A stretch of 64,000 bases of DNA from Candidatus Gottesmanbacteria bacterium (GTDB taxonomy: Bacteria > Patescibacteriota > Microgenomatia > UBA10105 > UBA927). Every line of letters starts with the position of its first letter. Position 1 is the stretch's first letter. Made by a program: the position numbers and the translations under genes. This document shows, one piece after another, positions 38,783 to 48,551 of the stretch. The notes under the pieces are model-generated. The model was not told the DNA's origin, did not search any database, and worked only from the letters and a program-made list of their open reading frames with translations. Location: NCBI GenBank assembly GCA_030679255.1, contig JAUXTO010000013.1:18696-82695 (forward strand). Direction: 5' to 3'.

Positions 38783-39957
38783 TGAATACTCCTTTAGACA
38801 AATGCCTCAAACAAACATCTGTTCTTTTAGTGGCTCATTACGCTACGTTCGCGTACCAGGATTTACTGTACCGGTATTTTGTACAAAATAAATCCCGGCT
38901 GGTAACGAAAATCAATTTTCCTCTCCCTGACCTCCCCATCCTCCACCACATCGAGATGACGCACGCAGCCAACGGTAAACAGACTTTGTCCAATACCGTT
39001 CCCTCGCTCTGGAAGCCCCGCGCTGTTGCATATTTCTATCAAGTATTCCAGTACCTTTGGCTCGTCCTACGAAGCCCACACGTGTACGATTACGTCATTG
39101 CAGAAGATTCGCTTCTGGCGTTTACCTCAATTATTCTGAAAACCCTTGGTAAAATCCGGCACATAATTTTTTACTCTCACGGCATAGACTTTACACGGTT
39201 TTCTTCTCCATGGTCAAACAAACTCTATCAATCGATTGACCGCTTTTCTGCCAAACGCAGCGACTACAACTGGTCCTTGAGCCAAAATATGATTCCGATT
39301 CGGATTCGTCAGGGTATTCCCGAAAACAGACTTTTTTGGGTTCCTTCCTCTCTTCCCATTGATTTACTGTCCAGAAAAGCTTTTGTTTCAAGCCATTCGC
39401 TTGTTTTCCTCGGAGTGATCAATGATAAAAACGGTGTAGGGATACTACCGGATATCATCGTCGAGATTCGGAAAACTATTCCTGACGTCCACCTTGATAT
39501 TATGGGTGAGGGTGACATGAAAAAAAACCTTCAAATCCGCATCAAAAAACTTGGTCTCACGAAACACATTCGTATGCTTGGTAATGTAAAGTTTCAACAA
39601 TTTAAAAATACCATGACGAACTACCGCTTGGGGCTCGTGACATATAAATACTCCGAGGTCAATCTCATCCCCACGAGCGATTCGATGAAAATGCGCGTGT
39701 ATCTCGCCGCAGGGCTACCCGTGGTTCTGACAAAGGGATTTATATTCTCTGACGAAGTGACAAAAAATGATCTGGGCTATGCCGTGGATTATGATGTGAA
39801 GGCATTTGCCAAACCAATCATACAAATCCTATCCGATGATGGTCTCAGTCGACGGCTTCGCAGTAACGCGCTCGCCTATTCCAAAACAATGGATCTCACA
39901 GGGATTTACAATCGTACATTTACAGATATATTCTCCCACCGATCATCCGGGAAATGA
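38782..39957 (+). CDS. GT4 glycosyltransferase
   Basis: LVFLGVI..KNG, DIMGEG, KMRVYLAAGLPVV. Confidence 0.82.
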   Translation: MNTPLDKCLKQTSVLLVAHYATFAYQDLLYRYFVQNKSRLVTKINFPLPDLPILHHIEMTHAANGKQTLSNTVPSLWKPRAVAYFYQVFQYLWLVLRSPHVYDYVIAEDSLLAFTSIILKTLGKIRHIIFYSHGIDFTRFSSPWSNKLYQSIDRFSAKRSDYNWSLSQNMIPIRIRQGIPENRLFWVPSSLPIDLLSRKAFVSSHSLVFLGVINDKNGVGILPDIIVEIRKTIPDVHLDIMGEGDMKKNLQIRIKKLGLTKHIRMLGNVKFQQFKNTMTNYRLGLVTYKYSEVNLIPTSDSMKMRVYLAAGLPVVLTKGFIFSDEVTKNDLGYAVDYDVKAFAKPIIQILSDDGLSRRLRSNALAYSKTMDLTGIYNRTFTDIFSHRSSGK

Positions 39958-41055
39958 CCGCACAAGATCTGCGATATACTCGCGGTCTTCTTGAGTCACC
40001 CACCATCCGACCGGAATACAAACCATATCACGGTAAAACGTATCCACATTGGGCAGAGGACGTCGGAATGCTCTGGTCACCGGGTGCGTATCATTGCGCC
40101 TATGGACTTTCGACGCCATGACATTATGCGATTTCATGTAGTCCATAAACCGGGCTGAGCGTCTCACTTTCATCGTGAATAGCCAGTTGCTGGAGAGGTA
40201 CCTTGCATCTTCGTGCATAAGTGTGAGCCATGGTAGTCCCATAAAAGCGTTACGATAATACATTGCATTATCCCGATGTTTTTGAAGAATCTCTATAGTA
40301 TGACTAAAATTTGCCAAACCGATCGTCGCGTTGACGTCATTCATGTGGAATTTATACCCCCACATTGAAATGTCCTTCTCAATACGATAATCATTCGACC
40401 GCTTATTCCTGTCAATGCCAAAGTACCGGAGTAAAATAGCCTTTTTATAATCCTTTTTTGTTTTCGTCAACAGCGCCCCACCGTCCACCGTCGTCAAGTG
40501 TTTGATCGCCTGAAATGAAAAACACGTATAGTCAGCAGTGTTACCCACCATCTTGCCTTTATACATGGCACCGATGGCATGAGCAGCATCTTCGATGACC
40601 GGAATATTTCCGACAATTTTCTTTATCGTTTGTATATCACACGGATACCCGCCCCAATCTACAGCCATTACTGCCTTCGTTTTGGCTGTCAGCCGCTTTT
40701 GTATACTCGCCGGATCAATATTGCCGGTTGCCGGATCAATATCCGCCCATACGATAGTAGCCCCATGGGCAAGTATCGGCCAATTCGTCGCAGTACACGT
40801 CATCGGAGTTGTGATGACCTCATCTCCGGGCCCTACGCCGATCAGGTCAAGGGCCAGATGAAGAGCAGTCGTACCGCTGTTAAGCGTGACGACATAAGGA
40901 TTTCCAAAAAACTCAGAAAGCTTCGCTTCAAATTCATCAACTTTTGGTCCTTGCGCGACAAATCCCGAATAAAGGACTTCTTTGAGCGCATCCAATACTT
41001 CCGAAGCCATAAATACTTTAAAAAGTGGAATCATCGTGCTCGGCTTATAATTCAT
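39943..41055 (-). CDS. DegT-family sugar aminotransferase
   Basis: NSGTTALHLAL, EDAAHA, FSFQAIKHLTTVDGG. Confidence 0.92.
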   Translation of the reverse strand: MNYKPSTMIPLFKVFMASEVLDALKEVLYSGFVAQGPKVDEFEAKLSEFFGNPYVVTLNSGTTALHLALDLIGVGPGDEVITTPMTCTATNWPILAHGATIVWADIDPATGNIDPASIQKRLTAKTKAVMAVDWGGYPCDIQTIKKIVGNIPVIEDAAHAIGAMYKGKMVGNTADYTCFSFQAIKHLTTVDGGALLTKTKKDYKKAILLRYFGIDRNKRSNDYRIEKDISMWGYKFHMNDVNATIGLANFSHTIEILQKHRDNAMYYRNAFMGLPWLTLMHEDARYLSSNWLFTMKVRRSARFMDYMKSHNVMASKVHRRNDTHPVTRAFRRPLPNVDTFYRDMVCIPVGWWVTQEDREYIADLVRSFPG

Positions 41056-42026
41056 AATTTGATAGTATTATACCACTCTATCGTTTTTTTTAAGCCCTCT
41101 TCAAGTGGTATTTGAGCCGTAAATCCTATAGCATCTTTTGCTTTGCGGTTATCGCTATTTCTTCTCATGCTTCCATCAGGTTTGGTTGTATCAAACGTAA
41201 TGCGGGAGGCTTTTCCGCTCACACGGATAATGGTTTCAATGAGTTGTTTCATCGTCACTTCTTCATCCGATCCTAGATTAACCGGATCGGCAACTGCATA
41301 TTTTTCCGTGGCCAGCATCATACCCCGAACCAAATCTTCCACGTAGAGAAATGCCCGGGTCTGGCGGCCGCTACCCCATACAACCACAGGGTCTTCTCCA
41401 TCCATGACACGACGGATAAGCGACGGAATAACGTGCGTTGGTGTCGGGAAAAAATGATCCCCCGGACCATAGCAGTTATATGGGCGCACAACAGCCACCT
41501 CAAACCCAAATTCCTCATGATAATACCGGGCAAGCAACTCATTGACGCGCTTTGCCCACCCATACCCTCCGTTCACTTCTTCGGGCTCACCGCGCAGTCC
41601 CTCGGACTCCGGAGTGGGAATTATTGCGTCAGACGGATACACCACCGCGGAGGAGACCGCAAGAAACCGCTCTACTCCGGCCTTTTGAGCCGCATCCATC
41701 ATCGTGGTTTGAATGAGAAGGTTTTCCGACAGCATCGATCCTTTATGTGCCTGATTGTAGGCGACCCCTGCCACTTTGGCCGCCAGATGCATAACCACCT
41801 CAATTCCCTTGCACGCCAATTGTGCTTTCTGCGGATCTTTACATTCTCCGCTGATCATCTCTACATCCTTTGGTGTATTTTTTTTATTGAGCGGAGAGGG
41901 ATTGCTTGCGTTATCCAGAATCGCCACCCGGGCACCTGATTCCAGAAGCTTGGCCGTCAAATGACTGCCGATAAACCCGAGTCCACCGGTAAGCAATACA
42001 CGTTTATTGTTCCAAAAGGTGCTCAT
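41052..42026 (-). CDS. NDP-sugar epimerase/reductase (GDP-fucose synthase / GDP-mannose 3,5-epimerase-like)
   Basis: TGGLGFIG, HLAAKVAG, YGWAK, NCYGPGD, HVIPSLI, VWGSG..TRAF, KPDG. Confidence 0.85.
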   Translation of the reverse strand: MSTFWNNKRVLLTGGLGFIGSHLTAKLLESGARVAILDNASNPSPLNKKNTPKDVEMISGECKDPQKAQLACKGIEVVMHLAAKVAGVAYNQAHKGSMLSENLLIQTTMMDAAQKAGVERFLAVSSAVVYPSDAIIPTPESEGLRGEPEEVNGGYGWAKRVNELLARYYHEEFGFEVAVVRPYNCYGPGDHFFPTPTHVIPSLIRRVMDGEDPVVVWGSGRQTRAFLYVEDLVRGMMLATEKYAVADPVNLGSDEEVTMKQLIETIIRVSGKASRITFDTTKPDGSMRRNSDNRKAKDAIGFTAQIPLEEGLKKTIEWYNTIKL

Positions 42027-42030
42027 GGGA

Positions 42031-43209
42031 TTACGAAGTAAAAATTTTCACAAGAGTCGTAAGATCTGATTTTGAGAGCTCCGGGTTATTACCAAAATAG
42101 AGCCCCTGATCGTGAATAAGCCGGGCGTTAGAATTGGACAAATCATTGCCTTCCTCTACATACTTATGAAAAAACGGCTGATTCGTCATATCTCCGCCGA
42201 CTATCGGACGGATTTCGACAATCCCGTCACAGCGCCTGACAAACTCATCCCTGATCCGCTCTGAACGGCACACCAAGGGTACAGCAAAATTAGAAACGAT
42301 ATCCAAATGATCGTACCGGAGCGGATAAAATAGATCCGTCCGGCTATAGAGATGATTGGCAAGAAACAAAAAGTTTTGTTCCCGCTTGGCCACGATTTCA
42401 TCAAGATACCCAAGCTGCACATTACCCAAAAATCCCTGTATTTCCGTAGTCCGTAAATTAAATCCAAGGTCATAAAACGTGTACCGCGAATAGAAACTTG
42501 AGTTAACCTTATATTTGACGCGCATGGTTAATTGCTTTTGCTCCGTCAGATTTCGGTCCCATCCGTGAGCGCGGACCAATTGAAGCATGGTTTCGAGGTC
42601 TCCATCATCGGTGCATACCGCGCCTCCCTCTACTGTAGACATATGGTGGCCGACGTAAAAAGAAAACGTACTCGCGAGACCAAAATTACCCAACCGTTTC
42701 CCTTTATAAATAGTTCCGAGCGATTCACAGTTGTCCTCGACCAGCAGTATCTTGTGCTCCTGGCATAAGGCAACAATTTCATCGAGATTGTCACAAAATC
42801 CCAATAGATGCGTCAAAAAAAGAACCTTAATATTCTGTTTTTTTAATACTTCAGAAAGAGTCCTGGCCGAAACGTTGAGCGTATCCACTTCCACATCGAC
42901 AGGTACCGGAGTGAGTCCCAACTGGATAAGCGGCATGACATTAGTCGACCAGGTGAGCGCAGAAAAACCAACCAGATCACCCCGCTTGAGTTTGCCCATG
43001 TTGAGCAATGCCATGATCAGCGCTAAATTTGCGCTGCTGCCGCTATTGACGAAGACGCAGTATTTTCGTCCTTGGTATTTGGCAAAATTGACCTCAAACT
43101 TCCGGCACTCTTCCCCAATGCTCAACTTTTCAGCATGTTTGATAAACCGACATAACTCCCTCTTCGTCTTTTTCTCCTTATAAAACGTGGATTTAATGAG
43201 TGAAATCAT
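42031..43209 (-). CDS. PLP-dependent NDP-4-keto-6-deoxyhexose 3-dehydratase-like enzyme (ColD/RfbH type)
   Basis: NSGSSANL, EDNCES, SFYVGHHMSTVEGG (His at the usual PLP-Lys position), RAHGWDR. Confidence 0.8.
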   Translation of the reverse strand: MISLIKSTFYKEKKTKRELCRFIKHAEKLSIGEECRKFEVNFAKYQGRKYCVFVNSGSSANLALIMALLNMGKLKRGDLVGFSALTWSTNVMPLIQLGLTPVPVDVEVDTLNVSARTLSEVLKKQNIKVLFLTHLLGFCDNLDEIVALCQEHKILLVEDNCESLGTIYKGKRLGNFGLASTFSFYVGHHMSTVEGGAVCTDDGDLETMLQLVRAHGWDRNLTEQKQLTMRVKYKVNSSFYSRYTFYDLGFNLRTTEIQGFLGNVQLGYLDEIVAKREQNFLFLANHLYSRTDLFYPLRYDHLDIVSNFAVPLVCRSERIRDEFVRRCDGIVEIRPIVGGDMTNQPFFHKYVEEGNDLSNSNARLIHDQGLYFGNNPELSKSDLTTLVKIFTS

Positions 43210-44227
43210 AATCTGTATAATTACGAAGATTACCAAAATACTGATGATAATGATAGTAGAAGCCAACCGGCTTCGTCACCGCAGGCAAGTAATCCCCATC
43301 GGCAACCCGACGGAAACACTGGGTGCGTTGACGTTTACGGTAGGTTACCGCACATTGACGAATATTCCACCATAAACCGCTCAAAATAGCACGCGAAATA
43401 GCAAACTTTCCCCTTAAGAAAAAGAATACCGTACCAAAGAGATGAAACGTGACAAGTTGTGGAATCGTAGTAACACATCGAAATAAAGATAGATTCTTGA
43501 GATAAGTACACACCATATTTTTGACCGAATGAAAGTAGATATGTGGTGTAATTGTTTTCCCGAACGCAGCCCCTCCTTGATGATAGATTCGGGCTTTCGG
43601 CTCATACCACACACTCCATCCCGAAAGCCACACCCGCATACAAAAATCCGTCTCTTCAAAATACGCAAAATAATCCGGATCAAACAATCCGATTTTTTCT
43701 ATTACCGATTTGCGTATGAGCATACAGACTCCTTTTGCCGTAAATATCTTCATCGATTGGTTATACTGAGACATCGTTTCCATTTTTTCCCGTCCGTAGT
43801 GGTACAGCAATCCGGACGGAAGAAAAAACGCACCTATGGAGTCAATTCTGTCTTTTTCCGAATCCAAAAGTACTTTGGGTTGCACCACGCCAATTGATTC
43901 ATCGTGCTGTATGGATTGCACCAGAAAGTCAAGAAAATCCGGTTCTACTGTCGTGTCAGGATTCAAAAGCAGTACAAATTTTCCTTTCGCCGCTTGAAGA
44001 CCTGCATCATGACCCTGGGCAAACCCAACATTGTTTTTATTTTGTACGACCTGTACGTTTGGAAATGTTCGCTTGACATAGGAAGCTGACCCATCCGTTG
44101 ATGCGTTGTCCACCAAAATGACCTCATATGAAGGGTATGTGATTTTACGAAGTGACCGCAAACATTCTCCTATATAGGCTTTCCCATTCCAATTTACGAG
44201 GATAATGCTGACCAAAGGATATTTCAC
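43193..44227 (-). CDS. GT2 glycosyltransferase (rhamnosyltransferase-like)
   Basis: SIILVNWN, VDNASTDGS, LLNPDT, GLFDPDYFAYFEETD. Confidence 0.9.
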   Translation of the reverse strand: MKYPLVSIILVNWNGKAYIGECLRSLRKITYPSYEVILVDNASTDGSASYVKRTFPNVQVVQNKNNVGFAQGHDAGLQAAKGKFVLLLNPDTTVEPDFLDFLVQSIQHDESIGVVQPKVLLDSEKDRIDSIGAFFLPSGLLYHYGREKMETMSQYNQSMKIFTAKGVCMLIRKSVIEKIGLFDPDYFAYFEETDFCMRVWLSGWSVWYEPKARIYHQGGAAFGKTITPHIYFHSVKNMVCTYLKNLSLFRCVTTIPQLVTFHLFGTVFFFLRGKFAISRAILSGLWWNIRQCAVTYRKRQRTQCFRRVADGDYLPAVTKPVGFYYHYHQYFGNLRNYTDYDFTH

Positions 44228-45150
44228 GATACGATAGTATTATTTTTATGCCACTCAATGGTACGTGTTAGTCCTTCTCTTAGGTCCATGCCCGGCTTCC
44301 AACCCAATATGCGGCTTGCTTTTTCCCACAAGACGAATTGGTCGGTTATTTCATTTTTCCGTTCATAGTCAGCCGGGACAATGGTTATTTTTTCACCGAT
44401 GAGACCCCCGATCGCCTCAATGATCCCCCGAGCGTCAATCGGATTTCCGGCACCAAAATTAAATATTCTGTTACGTTCTAATTTTACCGCCGGCATGGCG
44501 CCAAGCATGAGATACGCCGCCACTGCGTCATCGATATAGAGATATTCCCGTTTCGCCGTCCCTCCCCACATCGGTACGGGCTTCTTTTGCAGGGCATAGC
44601 GAAGTGTTTTGGGAATGAGCCGGGTCACATTCGTATCTCCCGGGCCATATATATTTGCAAACCGCCCAATCACAACCCCTAGGTCAAAGCTATCCGCGTA
44701 TGATTGTGCAAGCAGATCAGTGATGGTCTTACTCGTTTCATACGGGCGGGAAGGGCGGGGCGGATCATCTTCGCTAAACGGCGGGGTGCCCACTCCGTAA
44801 ACGTGTGCCGTCGACGCGATGATGACCCTCGGGATATGAAAGAGTCTTGATAGCTCTAATACATTGAGCGTCCCGATAAAATTTGTCTGAAACGTATCAT
44901 AGGGCACATCCTGCCCCTTCTCAACGAGCGACTCACCTGCCAAATGAAACACAACACCCGGCTTCTTTTCAAAAAATGGGGTCAGGGAAGCGCGATCGGT
45001 CACATCGATAGGATTCCCAGCACTTCTCGATAGAGGTACTACGAGAGCCCCCAGAGAGAAAAGCCTCTCTGTGAGATGTTTTCCTACAAATCCATGTGCA
45101 CCGGTTATGATGACCGATTTATTTTTCCAAAAATTTTCTGAAATTGCCAT
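44224..45150 (-). CDS. NDP-sugar 4,6-dehydratase-like SDR (RfbG/Gmd-like)
   Basis: FWKNKSVIITGAHGFVG, FHLAG, PYETSK, RFANIYGPGD. Confidence 0.8.
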   Translation of the reverse strand: MAISENFWKNKSVIITGAHGFVGKHLTERLFSLGALVVPLSRSAGNPIDVTDRASLTPFFEKKPGVVFHLAGESLVEKGQDVPYDTFQTNFIGTLNVLELSRLFHIPRVIIASTAHVYGVGTPPFSEDDPPRPSRPYETSKTITDLLAQSYADSFDLGVVIGRFANIYGPGDTNVTRLIPKTLRYALQKKPVPMWGGTAKREYLYIDDAVAAYLMLGAMPAVKLERNRIFNFGAGNPIDARGIIEAIGGLIGEKITIVPADYERKNEITDQFVLWEKASRILGWKPGMDLREGLTRTIEWHKNNTIVS

Positions 45151-46162
45151 AGAATATATACTTTATTGTAACCCATCCATAGATGAGAACGAAACATAAA
45201 CACAAAAAGGGGTGGATAAACCATGCACGATCACGGATCTTCCGCCAACCACGAATGCTGTCATACAACGGAATGATCCATGTGGCGCATATAATTATAA
45301 CCAACACAAGACGCAGTACACCCATACCCGATACATCTCCAAATCTGCGCACGCCCTTTCGTTTTTCCGCTTCTTTCCCAAATCTGTATTGAGACAAAAA
45401 TAATGCTCTCCGCTTCAAAAAATTCCAAATATTTCCATACCCGGTCAGATGAAGGATCGAATCTTTGACAAATGCATAGGTATCATATCCCTTGAGTATC
45501 AAATCAACGTTCACATCCATATCAAAATAGAATCCCGGTGCGACTTGCGCATGCTCCATGAGTATCTTGCGTCGAACGAGAAACCCATTGGCGCCAATGG
45601 TCGTCATAGTATCCGGTTCAAATCGAACCGTATAATATGCTCCGCAGTCTTTTACAATCCCGGATTCTTGGTACGTATCATATATATAGGAAAGTCTGTC
45701 TGCTTTTCCCAAATACCATACAAGTGGATCACCGGCGCCAAAAAGCGCAAAATACCGGTCCAGAAGTGAAGCGTGAGGGTCATAATGGTACCGAAGTGTT
45801 TCGACTCCAACCACATCTTTTTGCTGGCGAAACGGCTGTACCATGTTTTGGAACCACAAATCATGCGGAAGTACGTTATCATGGTCTATCATCGCGAGGA
45901 TCTCGTTTTTTGCATGACTGATACCGGTGGCCTTATTAAATTCTGCACTTTGTTTGGCAGGATCGACAGCTATCCACCGAACGTTATACCCGGAAGCAAT
46001 CTCGCGCGTCTTGTCGCCTGATGCGCCATCAGCAATGATGATCTCTACCCTATCCTGAGGATATTGTTGACTTCGAATACTCGTAAGGCACCGCCCCAGG
46101 GTCCGAGATGAATTATGTGTCGCAATGACGACACTAATAGTGGGATAGTTGTTATTTTTCAT
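45119..46162 (-). CDS. GT2 glycosyltransferase with C-terminal TMs
   Basis: SVVIATHNS, IADGASGD, IDHDN, GANGF. Confidence 0.85.
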   Translation of the reverse strand: MKNNNYPTISVVIATHNSSRTLGRCLTSIRSQQYPQDRVEIIIADGASGDKTREIASGYNVRWIAVDPAKQSAEFNKATGISHAKNEILAMIDHDNVLPHDLWFQNMVQPFRQQKDVVGVETLRYHYDPHASLLDRYFALFGAGDPLVWYLGKADRLSYIYDTYQESGIVKDCGAYYTVRFEPDTMTTIGANGFLVRRKILMEHAQVAPGFYFDMDVNVDLILKGYDTYAFVKDSILHLTGYGNIWNFLKRRALFLSQYRFGKEAEKRKGVRRFGDVSGMGVLRLVLVIIICATWIIPLYDSIRGWRKIRDRAWFIHPFLCLCFVLIYGWVTIKYIFYGNFRKFLEK

Positions 46163-47258
46163 GCGTTTGCCGTAATACGAGAAATGCAACGCGCGCGGTA
46201 TCATCCCAGTTCATGGATGCAACACGTTTCACTCCTGCTGCCTGATAACGCCGATACCGCGGTTGATCACCCCAAAGGTTGAGTGTTTCTTCTGCGAGTT
46301 TTTCTGGGTATCCTGCACCCACAAGAATTCCTGTTTTACCATCGACAATGACATCTTGCACCCCCGCGGTTCTATATCCAATGGCGGGCGTTCCCTGCGA
46401 GGCGGCTTCAGGCACGACGAGTCCCCAACCCTCATGGACAGATGGCATCAGGAGAATATGTGCCCGGGCAAGTAGCTCAAATTTTTTCGCATCCGTGACC
46501 CGTCCAAAAAATTTTACTCGCCCGTAAACTCCAAGATTTTTTGCAATTCGCTCAAGATCCTTTTGATATCCTTCGCTATCTCCTCCTACAATCCACAGAT
46601 TTGCGAATGGTATGATCGCCTGAATACGGGAAAACGCGGAAATTGCATCCGCTATCCCTTTAAATTTCTGAAGCCGCGCCACGACGATCATCGTCAAGGT
46701 TGTTGCTTTAGGGTACCGCGTCGCAACTTTTGGGAGTGTTACGCCCATCGGAAGTACCGTTATGCGAGCAGGATCAAACCCTTCCCGAAGAAGAGCCGCT
46801 CTTGTAGACTGCGAAATGGCCAATACAGGACTACTCCGATAGAGTAAAACGTATATTTTTTCAATAAAACGGGCTAGTAACGCAAAAGGATAAGGAAGCA
46901 GCCGAAAAAAAAGTGAACCCGCGACCTCGCAGACGAGAAGTACGGTTTTATGACGCGCATAGAAAATGCTAAAAAAAGGATACCAATGCACTTCATCAAC
47001 GATGATATCAACCGTCTTTCTAAAACGGAAAATATAATAAAACATGGCATAAAGATGCACACTCCACCATACCCCCCGGCGGATAATATTTACTCCATCT
47101 AAAATTTCATCACTAACCGCACCGTTATACTGTTCGCTAAATAGTGTCACAGTGTGGCCATGGGCAACCCACCGCTTCGCGATCTCATGCGTCAGAAGTT
47201 CAGCTCCTCCGGCACGGGGATTTTTTATATCACGCCAATTGAGAATGAGAATGTGCAT
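46152..47258 (-). CDS. GT4 glycosyltransferase
   Basis: NWRDIKNP.AGGAE, PSVHEGWGLVVPEA. Confidence 0.92.
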   Translation of the reverse strand: MHILILNWRDIKNPRAGGAELLTHEIAKRWVAHGHTVTLFSEQYNGAVSDEILDGVNIIRRGVWWSVHLYAMFYYIFRFRKTVDIIVDEVHWYPFFSIFYARHKTVLLVCEVAGSLFFRLLPYPFALLARFIEKIYVLLYRSSPVLAISQSTRAALLREGFDPARITVLPMGVTLPKVATRYPKATTLTMIVVARLQKFKGIADAISAFSRIQAIIPFANLWIVGGDSEGYQKDLERIAKNLGVYGRVKFFGRVTDAKKFELLARAHILLMPSVHEGWGLVVPEAASQGTPAIGYRTAGVQDVIVDGKTGILVGAGYPEKLAEETLNLWGDQPRYRRYQAAGVKRVASMNWDDTARVAFLVLRQTHEK

Positions 47259-47259
47259 A

Positions 47260-47296
47260 TAGGACTTAGGACATAAGACTTAGGACTTAAGGGACT
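47260..47296. repeat. TAGGACT-type 7-mer array at the 3' end of the four-helix-bundle gene
   Basis: TAGGACT TAGGACA TAAGACT TAGGACT TAAGGGACT; contains the gene's stop codon and abuts the next ATG. Confidence 0.88.
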
Positions 47297-47651
47297 TTTG
47301 TTTCCAATATTTCATTAATCCCGAAAGTAACCTCCCAACAATTTCTGCCTGAGTATGTAATGCATCATAATCATTTTCGGTAATATAACCGAGGTCTCTA
47401 GCCAATAGAACATGATATTTCACTTCTTCTAAAGACCCTGTCGCCTGATATAAAAACTGCACAAACTCTTTACTATGTCCTCTGGCGTTTCCTTCAACAA
47501 TATTTGCAACTATGGAAACTGCAGCGCGTCGTAATTGACTGATCAAAGCAAATTTTTCATCACTTGGAAATTTGATTGTTATTTTATAAATCAACAGCAC
47601 AAATTTATGCGATTCTATAAAAACTTCAAGATTTTCAAACCTATCAGCCAT
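47280..47651 (-). CDS. Four-helix-bundle protein (23S rRNA intervening-sequence protein / Avd-like family)
   Basis: FENLEVF, FP..EKFALISQLRRAAVSI.ANIVEG, F.QFL..A.GSLEE, ARDLGY signature; AGAGGT RBS. Confidence 0.92.
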   Translation of the reverse strand: MADRFENLEVFIESHKFVLLIYKITIKFPSDEKFALISQLRRAAVSIVANIVEGNARGHSKEFVQFLYQATGSLEEVKYHVLLARDLGYITENDYDALHTQAEIVGRLLSGLMKYWKQKSLKS

Positions 47652-47665
47652 AGTACCTCTTTTCT

Positions 47666-47747
47666 GACTTAGGAATTAGGACTTAAGATCTGCGAACATC
47701 CACTCTATCCTACGTCCTATGTCCTACGTCCTATGTCCTATGTCCCA
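47666..47747. repeat. Two oppositely oriented 7-mer arrays upstream of the four-helix-bundle gene
   Basis: GACTTAGGAATTAGGACTTAAGA (47666-47688) and ATCCTAC GTCCTAT GTCCTAC GTCCTAT GTCCTAT GTCCCA (47707-47747). Confidence 0.88.
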
Positions 47748-48551
47748 CTACCCCGTATTTATGCGGAAATTTAGTTCTGGGTCAAATAGCCATTTTCTTT
47801 TATTCACGTTGTCATAGTAATGAAGAATCCTTAACCGGTAAAAAACAGCGAGCGTTTCCCAAAGCACATTGGCGATGATATTCCAAAAATTCTTTGACGT
47901 AATACTGGATACACCGCCGAACGTAAGCTCTACAGGTGCCTCGTAAATCCGGGTATACCCTAGCCGGTGTGCAACGGAAAGAATTTCGATATCAAAAGCA
48001 AATTCCTTCACCAAGAGTCTGGGTAGAACATCTTCAAGCACAACACGACGGTATAATTTGAGGCCCACCTGTGAATCACGGATGTTTAATCCAAATAGTA
48101 TCTTTACCAACACTTGATACCCGAAAGACAATACTTTTCGAAAGAATGGGTATTCTACTTTCGAAGCCGGGTGTCTCTTACTACCAATGATACAATCAGC
48201 GTTATACCAATTAAAATGTGCAAGAAGTATGGATATTCCCTCTGACTTCAAATCGCCTCCCGCATCGATAAATCCAATGATGTCTCCGTGGCTTTTTGCC
48301 ATGCCAAAACGCACTGCATAACCTTTTCCATGATTGGTCGCATAACCCGTGATAACTATATGGGGTGAAGTAACTTTTGATACTTCTTCCCGGCTTCGAT
48401 CCATGTACCCGTCTACAACCACGATAATCTCATAATCAATCCCAAGAGTATCAAGCTCCGCCACAATGGACCGTAAATTTTGGGCAATTACTTTTTCCTG
48501 TTTATAGACAGGAACGATGAGTGATAACAATTTAAGCTTTTTTCGTAACAT
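47748..48551 (-). CDS. GT2 glycosyltransferase (DPM/DPG synthase-like)
   Basis: SLIVPVY, VVDG, NHGKGYAV, FIDAG, DSQVGLK, FAFDIE. Confidence 0.9.
   Translation of the reverse strand: MLRKKLKLLSLIVPVYKQEKVIAQNLRSIVAELDTLGIDYEIIVVVDGYMDRSREEVSKVTSPHIVITGYATNHGKGYAVRFGMAKSHGDIIGFIDAGGDLKSEGISILLAHFNWYNADCIIGSKRHPASKVEYPFFRKVLSFGYQVLVKILFGLNIRDSQVGLKLYRRVVLEDVLPRLLVKEFAFDIEILSVAHRLGYTRIYEAPVELTFGGVSSITSKNFWNIIANVLWETLAVFYRLRILHYYDNVNKRKWLFDPELNFRINTG

Noticed and set aside
47280-47651. Diversity-generating retroelement suggested by the Avd-like protein
   Set aside because: No reverse transcriptase in the window, and the only long repeat pair (8441-8727/13381-13667) has mixed mismatches (C/T, A/C, A/G, G/T) rather than adenine-specific ones
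718-47747. CRISPR array from the short repeats
   Set aside because: Units are 7-8 bp, contiguous and without unique spacers; no cas genes
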